DNA of 64,000 nt from Blasia pusilla. Taxonomy: Eukaryota. Where the stretch lies: the NCBI GenBank assembly GCA_050084515.1, contig CM114271.1, positions 46,500,001 through 46,564,000 of the forward strand. Reading direction: 5' to 3'. This document shows, one piece after another, positions 27,237-36,880 of the stretch; within the stretch, counting starts at the first letter, position 1; the number at the start of each line of letters is the position of its first letter. The position numbers were made by a program, and so were the translations under genes. The notes below the pieces were generated by a model that ran no database searches, was not told the DNA's origin, and worked only from the letters and a program-made list of their open reading frames with translations.

Positions 27237-27790
27237 GCAACCCGTCGGCTTCGGACGGGTTGCACGCTTCTGACTTACCTTCAAACGCAAACATGGTCGA
27301 AGCTGGCAACCCGTCGCTCTCCGACGAGTTGCTCGGATACCGCTCCTTCTTGCCCGAAGATGCCGGAGGCGTGCAAACTGTCTGTTCCCGACGAGTTCCG
27401 CACCTATTTGCCCAAAGACGGCGAGGCGTGCAACCCGTCGCCCTCCGACGGGTTGCGTAAGGGCCTCGCCTTGTTTCGCTTACATGAAGGAAGCGTGCAA
27501 CCTGTCGGACTCCGATGAGTTGCGCGGGAAGCCCGCGTTGTTAACCCTTGACGAGGGAAGCATGCAACCCAACAGTCTCCGACGGATTGCGCGGGTACGT
27601 CCCGTTCTTGTCCGAAGACGGCGGAGGCGCACAACATGTTGGTCTCCGATGGGTGCGCGGGTACCTCGCATTCTTGTCCGAAGATGGCGGAGGCGCTCAA
27701 CCCGTCGGTCTCCGACGGGTTGCTCGGGCACCTCGCGTTATCTTCCCAAGACGGCAGAGGCGCGCAACCTATCGGACTCTGACGGGTTGC
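27237..27790. repeat. Palindrome array B (~9 copies, ~67-bp period) in the shared divergent promoter
   Basis: Copies at ~27237, 27306, 27372, 27430, 27497, 27564, 27631, 27697 and 27764, with a recurring spacer ...ccgaagacggcggaggcg. Confidence 0.9.
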
Positions 27791-27879
27791 CATTTTTCAC
27801 GTCCGGACTTCCATAACGGCCGGCACGTCGCCGTCGAAAGGACGACGGGACTCAACAGTCAGCCCAACGGCTAGAAAAG

Positions 27880-27887
27880 TATAAATA
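27880..27887 (+). promoter_or_regulatory. TATA box of the ParB-MTase gene
   Basis: TATAAATA followed by a pyrimidine-rich tcatttctggtttctcattt initiator/Y-patch, upstream of the ATG at 28147. Confidence 0.6.
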
Positions 27888-29354
27888 GGGCAGAAATCGC
27901 TCATTTCTGGTTTCTCATTTCACGATCTCCATTCCTCTCTCTCCCGCGCAACAGCTGATCAGATATCGAGGGGCGTTTCACACGGCGAGTCATCGCGAGT
28001 CAAAACGAGGGAATGAGAGCGAGACGGTTCGACCAAACAATCGCGAGACGATTCGAGCTACCCATCAAGGCGACTCATCTCGACATCAGCAAGGCGACTG
28101 ATCAAGCGATTCATCGTGGACATAGGTGGAGGAATTTCCGGGAAAAATGACGAGGGAAAAATCTCTAGCAAACAAGTCTGGGAGCTTCACTCCGAAGTCC
28201 ATTAGGACTCCTGCGTCAGCATCTCCAGGGCCTCGTTCGGCAAATGAAATTAGGCAGCAGGAAATCGAGGAGCGGGAAAGGGAAGCGGAGATGCACAACC
28301 AAGAGCTTCTTGCGAGACGTGTTCAAGAGGCGCTTGATAGACAGAACGCAGAGGCTGAGACGTCGCAGGCCTTGAAGAAAAGGATCGCCGACGAAAAGAG
28401 AGAAAAGAAGCGTCTGGACGCGTGGGTGAGGAGAGCAGAATTGGCTAAAGCGAGGAGGGAAAAAGCGATAGCCATTGATGACAGCCCTGCCCGTCCAACC
28501 GAAAGTGTTGAGATGCGGGAAATGTCCCCGATGAAGTCCGGGGACACAATCAACATAGCGGAAACGCCAGAAGTTCAAATCACGGACGATGAGATCATGA
28601 GGACCGCCAGCATGGAGATGGGGACATTGCCGAAGAAGCCGGAGAGCGGTCATTCTCATCTCCAAGCCCGGCGGAAGACATCGACCTCTATCGGATCGAC
28701 GAGTTCCCAGTCGATTTTCCAGCTGCTATCTTAGACAAGTTGGTTGGTCAAGAAACCGACCCAATTTTCGAGCGGGTAAGAGAGGATCTGGGTTTTTTGA
28801 ATTATGTGAATTGCAATTCATTGGGAATTCAGTGTAGCTTATTGATCTTGTCCTGGTTCTGACAGGTGGTAAAGCAGATGGCACTGATGGAGGGCCATAA
28901 CGCCCCGAGGATTCCACTATGCCGATTGCGGAAAATGGAATACGTCCGCAAAATTCAGTCCGACGAGGACATCGCGAAGCTTAAACAATCGGCGGCGACA
29001 ACATCCTACGTCGACAACTTTCCTCCCTTCTATGTTCAGCCTTACGTTGAGCATGGAACCCAAGCCTTGGTTACGGAGGAGGACTTGGATAAGCTCGACA
29101 CATTCTGGAGGATGAGAGACCAGGATTTCAGAAGGCAAGTAGAGGGCACGGAATTCAGCTAGATGAGGAATCTGTATTTCTTCATCTGGGATGGAAATCA
29201 CAGGTTTATGGCGTGGACCAAGTTTGCAGAGGAGCGGCCCAACTCCTTGGAGGCACATTTTTGCGTGAAGGCAGTGGTCCTTCATCCATTCCCTCATCAC
29301 ATGGCGACGGTGGAGATGGCAATGCATGCCATGAACACGTAAGTATCTTCTTGC

Positions 29355-30062
29355 TGCAAACCATCGGACTCCGGCAAGTTGTTTGGGTCGGCAATCGTTG
29401 TTGGGATGCTTTTGTTAAACGCAACTCGTCGGACTCACGGCGAGTTGATTGATTGATGAATGGGTTAGGTTATTGTTTGCCGAAAGCAACTCGTCGGACT
29501 CCGACGAGTTGCTCGACTCGACGCCTTTTCAAGATGTTTTTTGAAGAATGCAAGTCGTTGGACTCCGACGAGTTGTTCGACTGACCACAGGTTTAATAAG
29601 TTTTTGCCCCAAAGCAACCCGTCGGAGTCCGACGGGTTGCTTGACTCGCCGCCTTTTCAGGATGTTTTTTGAAGAAAGCAACTCGTCGGACTCCGACGAG
29701 TTGTTCGACTGACCGCAGGTTTAGTATGTTTTTGGCCCAAAGAAACCCGTCGGAGTCCGACGGGTTGTTTGACTCGAAACTGTTTTTGGCCGAAATCAAC
29801 TCGTCGGAGTCCGACGGGTTGCATTCGGAAGTTGGTTTGGCAAATTTTGCATCAAATTGCAAGTTTCCATTCAATTGCGCAACTTTTCGGACTCCGACGG
29901 GTTGCTATGTTCACGTTTGATACAGACTATCTAACAACCCGTCGGAGTCCGACGGGTTGCATCATTTAGCTTGTTGCTAGAATCCGACCTTGAGCTGTGA
30001 CGACCCGTCGGACTCCGACGAGTTGGAGGAACCCATGTAACTTACAAATTTTCTGACGGGTT
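29355..30062. repeat. Palindrome array C (~11 copies, ~64-bp period) in intron 2 of the ParB-MTase gene
   Basis: Includes a perfect aagcaacccgtcgga-g-tccgacgggttgctt at 29612-29642. Other copies at 29486, 29550, 29678, 29742, 29796, 29934 and 30000. Confidence 0.92.
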
Positions 30063-32208
30063 GAGTTTGGATGTGCAGGATTGTATCGGAGGGGAATGTC
30101 ACCCACCACTCGATCCAGGACTGCGATCGGGTGAAGAAGGTGCTTACGACGCACCCGGGAGAGTACAAGGGGTTCTTGGGGGACGCCCTGGTAAATCAGA
30201 TGCTTGCAAAGGGTGCATAGATAAAAAAGAAAACTTGGGCAAATAAGTTTATTTCCCAAGATGCAGCCGTAACCATCCTTTGCTTTGGTCAAAGATACAC
30301 GCCCAAGAAGAGCGAGACCGAGCTAGAGCGGAGGGAGAAAGTATCTGGGTCTGAGCGCGCAAAATTCATCCAAGCTGCAGTATCTGCAGCCTCAAAATAC
30401 ACGGCGAGCAAGATGCAACGATACATCAGCATTCTCAACCCCGAACTTGGTCTGGAGTTTTACAAGGAGCTGAAGGCGATTATCAAGCGCCAGCGGAAAA
30501 GGGATGAAGATCCGCAAGGTCGGATTGGGGAGAAAGTGTCCCTGGATCGCGTGCATCGGTTTGCGTTGTCCGGCATGAGTGAGTTTAGGAGGATCCGACT
30601 GATGAAAATTAGTCTCGAGGGCATAGAGGCCCAGAAGAGGGCGGCACACCATCCTCCGAGTATGTCCGATCCAGTGATCTCCCACTCGCTACGCGAATGG
30701 TCGTTCTGGGACGCGTTGCGGGTTATCGGGAAGTCCCGTGCCGGACGGCCTGCAAGCGGAGCTCAAAAGATTAGAGCCCATTCCGGATGAAGCAAACCTG
30801 GAAAGTTCTGTAGATTTTGAGGTTTGGCTCGACGACATCCGAGACAAGCCAATCAAAAACCCAGGATTCAAGACAATGTTCAAGGTTTGCGTCCTCCCTC
30901 ACGCAGAGCTTGAGGAAGAAATCAAGGGGAACAAACGGGATCAAGCAAAGAAGAAGCGAGATCTACAGGAGCAGACGGCGGATTCAGTTTGAGTAAAAGT
31001 CGCCAACGGATGGTCTTGGTACCTGCGTCCAAGTGTAAGAATGCAGTACTGGGAAAATTACCGGCAGCCTTGAAATTGTGGGCTTTGCCACCTGATGGAG
31101 AGACATTCTCCATGTACGACATGGAGATGGGGCAGCACATGTCCGATTGGGAGGTGGAGAATTTCCCCATTTGGCTTGACTTCAACGACCCTGAAGACAT
31201 CACCGATAAGGATTTACCATTGCTTCATGATGCAGCGGCCTCAGGACAAGACAACATCCCCAATTTTGTGCAGCTTGAAGACTTCTTCGGAGGAGATGCG
31301 GAAGAGCAAGCCCACGAGACAGCTGAGTTGGCTTCCAAGGTTCGCACAGCCAAAGACAAATCCACAGCGGGTCTCAAAGGCAAGGCGAGGGGAGGGAAAA
31401 ATTCTGAGGCCGAGTCTTCCCAAAGAGAGGCTGGAGATTCTAGGCCAGAGGCGGAATCTTCCGGGCGAGCGGGGAGTGAGGGTCGGAACAGGTCCTCGGC
31501 GAAAAAAACCCTACCAGAGTCTGAGGTCATAGAGACCCCGACAAGCCGTCCGCAGACTCGGGAGAAGCGGAAGCGAGAGGTGCCAGGGTTGTCCCAAGGA
31601 GAATACAGTTCCATCATCCTTGGGAAGACACACACAAACAACGACCCGGACAAGCGTCCTCCTTCAGTTCACTCCTTTACTGGATGAGCTGAAAAGCTTC
31701 AGTTCTCAAGCGTCGACACCAGCCATTGATAAATTGACAACGCTCGAACGGAAGCTCCAACAAAACGGGCACGCTGCCTGGACGGTGAATGGAGTGGTCG
31801 AAGAGGTTGGGGTGGATCTCTTGATCGCTGATCTGCCCTCGGGGTTGCGACTGTGGGGAGAGAATCCGTCGGACGGGGTACCTGACTGGAATGTGCCGCT
31901 CTCTTATGACCAAATTGCGCTATTGTTCTCCTTTGCAGACGCCTATCTGAGTGACAGGGGCTGCTTCTTAGTGTTGACTGGAGGGAGCGAGGACGAGCTC
32001 TTCAACCTCCAGTGCGTCAAGAGGTTGCTAAAGTGGAGGACGGCGCAATCGTGGATCATAAAAAATGAGTATCCACTCCGATCCGCGACAAGTCAGATTC
32101 GGGCAAGGCTTAATTCCTGTAGTAAAATCTCAAATATATTTTCAGATTCGGGTAAGGCTCAATGCGTGTGAAATTCAGATAGTATATCTCCGTTGTTTTT
32201 GTCCGTGA

Positions 32209-32487
32209 GCAACCCGTCGGAAGGCGACGAGTTGCTGGCTTAGAGCAGCCCATGCTCGGCTAAGAGCAACCCGTCGGTTTCCAACGGGTTGCATCTTTCC
32301 CAGAAACACAGGGAAAACCGTGGTGTACTTGCAACCCGCCGGAACCCGACGGGTTGCAGTTGCTTTTGGTTTTTCCCTGTGTTTAGGGTTGCTCTCAGCC
32401 GAGCATGGGCTGCTCTAGGCCAGCAACCCGTCGCCTTCCGACGGGTTGGTCAGGGAAAAAACAACCCGTCGGACTCCGACAGGTTGA
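32209..32487. repeat. Palindrome array D (5 copies) embedded in a long fold-back in intron 3 of the ParB-MTase gene
   Basis: 32209-32272 is the near-perfect reverse complement of ~32386-32448. Inner arms are aaacacagggaaaacc / ggtttttccctgtgttt. Confidence 0.88.
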
Positions 32488-33164
32488 TCCAAAGTAAGTA
32501 ATTGAAAAAAGTTATCTAGGGTCAAGCCGAGTTCTTTGGTGACGTGTTGCATATTATGCCAAGTTGCTGACATTTTTTCCAACGTGCTTCTTTACAGATG
32601 GACCACTCCTACGTTTATTGCTTCCTTCGGCCCGAGCACAATTTCTAGGTGTTCAAGATCCAGGATCCTGTGGATCCATGCTCAGATGGGTACAACTTAG
32701 ATAGTTTGTACAATTCCCCCCCGGGAATTTACATGCAAGACGGTACCCCACTTCTTGGAGGAAGGGAAAAGTTGCTAGCCCTGATGCAAACGCTCATCGA
32801 GCTCTGCTCAAAGCCGGGTGACTTGGTGTTCGACTTAGTGGGACTTTCAGGGGCAAGTATCAAAGGCGCATGGCAGAGTGGCAGGAACATTCTTTGCCTC
32901 GAGGGAAGGCAAGAACTGTTTGACCTTTGCAAGGAGGCAAAGGCAGAATACGAAGGGCTGGTTGGGGCGTACAACTCTCCACCGAAGCCAAGAGCTCCGG
33001 TTCCAGACCCACCATTGGTAGTGACTCCATCGTCACTTCCAATGATTCCGAAAATCGGGAGGGCAAGGCCGAAAGTAATTTTGCAAGAGTTCTCGGACGA
33101 TGACGAGTGAGTTCAAAGAACTCAAGGACCCACCTTGACTGCAGCGTTTGGAGTAGGGAGTTAT

Positions 33165-34300
33165 TTGATGATGAGGCAAAAGATTTCATAAAATAGATCA
33201 AATGTACAATTCCGAGCTTTTTTCGGATGATATAAAGGAGATGATTTTTTCGAACGATGGTGGTGCTTGTAAAAGTTTGCTGAACATTTTTTTGTCTTTT
33301 CGAATGTGATCGTTTATGTACTCCACGGACTTCTATTTTGCAACCCGTCAAATTTCTCCTGCTTGCAACTTTTCACTTTTTGACGATAGCACCTTTTTAC
33401 CACTTCCAGGCAACCTGTCGGATTCCGACAGGTTGCCTGATCGGACTCTTTCCCTGTTGGTCCAACTTAAGAGGCAGTATGGCAAGCTTCTTCCCTTGGC
33501 AGCTTCCCCTCAACTCGTAAAGGCAGGCGTAGGCTTCTTTTCTTCTCTCATACGTGTTGGATTCCTACTACCTGTGCGATTGCCATAATGGTATTACCAA
33601 GGACGGAGCACATATTGATATTGGATGGGTGTCACATTGCAGAGCGTACAAGGTATACTGCCAAGGAAGGCGGTGGGACTCAAACCAGGTTACATGGGAC
33701 CGTTATGGCGTACCTAGGGGGGGGCCAAGGCTCTCAAATTTGCCAACATTTTTTATCCCCGTCTACAATCGGCCAGAGGAGCCACTTGTATCCTAGGACA
33801 TTCCTTTTGTATTGTCACCGAGGAGAGTTATGAGTAAATTTGTAGATGACGAGGCTGAAGAAATCATAGACTAGGTCAAATGTACATTTCCGAGGTTCCT
33901 TCGGAGGTAATAAAGGTCGAGATTTTTTCAACCGACAATGGTGTTTGTAAAAGTTTGCTGGAAATTTTTTTGGGACTAGTGCATTGTGTTATTTTAGCTA
34001 CTCGGAATTACAATTTTGCAACCCATATGATTCCGACGGGTTGCAACTTTGAGCTTTTTGCCCACTGCAACTTTTTAACCATTTCGGACAAGTCGTATCG
34101 AATTTCGACAGTTGGTCGCTAAGTGATCGGACTCTTTCCTGTGAGACCAACCGACGATTGTGGCGGGCTTCTTAACTTTTGGCTCGTTCCCCTACATTCG
34201 TCAAACCAGTTGTAGGCTTCTTTTCTTGTCTAAGATGTGCAGGATTCCTACTACCTGTCGGATTGCCATTTCGGATTCCCAACCTGTTAGATTGTCGTGG
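33165..34300. repeat. Diverged tandem duplication (~680-bp offset) near the right end of the MULE, each unit carrying palindrome copies
   Basis: 33167-33590 aligns with 33845-34270 (gatgatgaggc...caaatgtaca...gtaaaagtttgctg...gatcggactctttcc...ggattcctactacctgt). Palindromes at 33410 and 34018. Confidence 0.8.
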
Positions 34301-35949
34301 GTGCAAGGTGGAAGAAAATCACTTCTAAAAATCTTTCCTTTCTTATGGTGAGCTTTCTTACGGGTTGGGAGGGGTGCAACTTCTCGGTTTCTCAACTTTA
34401 GGATCTGAATGAAGGGACATCAGTTCCTCTTTACTCCAGACAGCTAACAATCTTTTGGTTCAATTATCCTCTCATGTGTTCACATTTCACAAAGTTGGTC
34501 TTGAGCAGACACCATTCATAACCAACAGAAAGTTGGTTATGGGGCAATTTAGGGGAGGCCATGATGCAGGCAACAATCCCTGCAAAAAGAGAGGTTGGCA
34601 TTCGGATGGTCCTTCAACAAAAATACCCATGGGCACTGCTTTTTGTAGACCGAGACAGGTAATGTTAAGAAACTTAGGCTCACATGGAGAGTGATGGAAA
34701 AATGTTTGTAGTGGTCTTATGATGTCTACTTTTTTTTCGCCCCCTGGAAAAAGGAGGTTTCTTTAGGCCCGAATGTGGACCACTACCTACTCTCTTCTAA
34801 AGATTTCATGAATTTGAAAGCAAACAAAAATTTCAAATATGTCAAAAAGTTTTGAAGAGAGGAGGCGGATTTGGCCCTTTTTTTTAAAGAGAGACTCTCC
34901 TCTCTTCCTCTCTTCTTCTCCTCTCTTACTCTCTCCTGCCAGAATACCAGCCCCCTCTGGCTGGCCGCCACGTTGTGTGAGCGTGGAGAGGTGACTGCTT
35001 CTTGTTCAGAGGTGATTGAGGAGGTGGTGGACTTGCCCTTAGAGTCGATGCTCAGGACGTCCCCCACAGAGTCATGGCATGCGGCGGCGGTGAAGTTGGT
35101 AGATATGCCAGCTTGACCGACCATAGAGCAAGCAGTGGTGACACGTGGAGTAATGTTAGTGGATAACTGAGTTGGAGTATTTTGCTTGGTTAGTCTGACG
35201 GGGATAGTATATAACCCACAACACGTCCTACTTGATTCGGGAGCGCAGCCCTTGATGTTAGGGAAGCCGACGTATTTAGCGTTGGGGTTACGGAAGGCCG
35301 ATATTGAGCCTTGTCCCTTCCAGATACAGACCTCAATTGGGGCGTGTCACCCACGGAGTATATGAATCGATAGGAGATAGTTGTCAAAGTCCAGCCAGAG
35401 CATGCGACGGATAGTGCTATGGTGCGCACATGTGCGATTACGACACCAGCTGAGTCGTACGATGTGTTGGTGGGGAGAACAGTGTTATATCTCCTAGGAT
35501 TCATCGTGGACTTCTGGGAGGAGACCGTTGCTTATCGGCCACGGTGGCGGTCAGGTGATGGCCAGATGAGTCACTTACCCTTGCAGTTTTGAGACAAGGT
35601 GATCGATCACAAGACGAGTTTGTGATCACATTGGCAGCTTTCACAGGTAGTGTTAGTTGGCTAGGAGAGTTGTGAGAGGGGAACGCACATGCAGAGGATG
35701 TCCCAGTAGCTGATAGTCCCACGGAGAGACAGGCCATGGCGGCTGTCTCTTCCCATGATGGTGAGACCTCTTCACCATTGTGAGGTATAGCTCAAGAGTT
35801 ACAGAGCAGTGCCGATGACCTCGTGAGGCAGGCGTGGAGTCATGCCTTTATCCCGGAGCAGCGAGAGTCAAATGGCGATCGGGCTCATGGAGTGGAGACG
35901 TTGACCCCACTGGATACCACACCCATTGTGTGGCACAGTCTAGAGGAGG

Positions 35950-36880
35950 GTGTTAGGGTGTTAGATCTCTTCAAAGGGATTAGGACCGGATTGACTGCAG
36001 TATTGCAAGCGGGCATATGGGTGCATCAATACCTTTATGTGGAGAGAGATGAGACCATGCGACAAGTATCATTATGTCACGTAGCGAGATTGGTCCAGAG
36101 GTATCCTAAGTTGTTGGCGGTAACTACAGTACGGGGATATCAACATACACTACCCGTCAACATCTCTTTGGTGGGGGCGCACGATCTAGATAGAGTTGGC
36201 ACCATTCATTTGGTGATTGCTGGATGGCCATGTTAGGGTCATTCATCAGCTGGCCGAGGATTTGGATTGCAGGATCCGAGATCAGGAATGTTTTGGGAGA
36301 TGCTGCAAGTAATATGACACTTGCAGGAGAGCCAGATATGTTCTCCAACGTACATTTTGGAGAACGTGCCATTGTTGGGAGACACTCGTGCACGTGTGAT
36401 GACAAGTGTGCATTATGTGAGGTCTTGGTTGGGACATGCTGTGTTGTTAGATGCAACCCGAGTTGGATCATGCACCTATCATCCATGATTGTGATGGATG
36501 AACTTGATACCATCAAAGATACTGAGTCGAGCATACAATGGAGTCCAAAGAGCACCACATCTCACAGTGGATGCTATTTTGGGCTCAGGGCGTCGATCTC
36601 AGGTGGTGACGTGGGATGATAGACCACCGTTGGCGATGGCTATAGGGTGGGGGAGTTGAGGGCAGCCTTACCTATGTTGGTGAGCTTCCCAACATCCCAT
36701 GCCTTTCGTCAGGGAGGGCCAGGCATGATTTGGGATGAGGTGACCGGAGCATTGGAGGAGCCTACAGCGGATGAGCGTGAGCGCGCCATGGGGTTCGCTA
36801 TAGGTACTACGGCAGTGGTAGGGATGATTGAGGCATCCCGGAGATAGGTGTTGGGCAGGCGATGGACCTCAATGGTCTCA
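35950..36880 (+). pseudogene. Retrotransposon-encoded C5-cytosine DNA methyltransferase domain (copy 1)
   Basis: Motif I VLDLFKGI (35961), motif II YVERD, motif IV IAGWPC*GHS (PC 36228-36233), motif V DPRSGMF, motif VI ILENV (36360), degenerate motif VIII, motif IX EPTADERERAMGF and motif X LGQAMD, in canonical I-X order. Confidence 0.9.

Larger units (their letters stand above)
28147..33110 (+). pseudogene. ParB/Sulfiredoxin-like domain + beta-class N4/N6 DNA methyltransferase-fold fusion (~1200 aa reconstructed); exons 28147-28775, 28866-29338, 30079-32102, 32598-33110
   Basis: Charged coiled-coil N-terminus. ParB/Srx-like IPLCRL...R...FFIWDGNHRFMAW (DGNHR 29190-29204). MTase motif IV VDLLIADLPSG (31812-31844) precedes motif X/I REKLLALMQTLIELCSKPGDLVFDLVGLSGASIKGAWQSGRNILCLE (~32765-32903), i.e. 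permuted beta order. Splice phases are consistent if intron 3 uses a GC donor at 32103. Stops at 29160, 30218 and 32646; frameshifts at ~28590, ~30735, ~30988 and ~31600. Confidence 0.78.
22459..34955. mobile_element. 12.5 kb Mutator-like (MULE) DNA transposon with a ParB-MTase accessory gene
   Basis: 9-bp direct repeat tctggctgg at 22450-22458 and 34956-34964. Removing the element restores the Gypsy sequence, which is uninterrupted at this position in the paralogous copy at ~44990-45040. Imperfect purine-rich TIRs (gtaagaggagaggagaagaggaagataggagag vs reverse complement gtaagagaggagaagaagagaggaagagaggagag). Contains a DDE-SWIM transposase. Confidence 0.9.

Noticed and set aside
29355-30062. 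CRISPR-like appearance (27-bp palindromic repeats with ~37-bp spacers)
   Set aside because: Spacers are related to each other (tandem units), the repeats are degenerate and intronic, there are no cas genes, and the context is a eukaryotic TE.
28147-33110. Bacterial or phage contamination as the source of the ParB-MTase
   Set aside because: The gene has spliceosomal introns and a TATA/Y-patch promoter and lies inside a TSD-flanked element nested in a plant retrotransposon.
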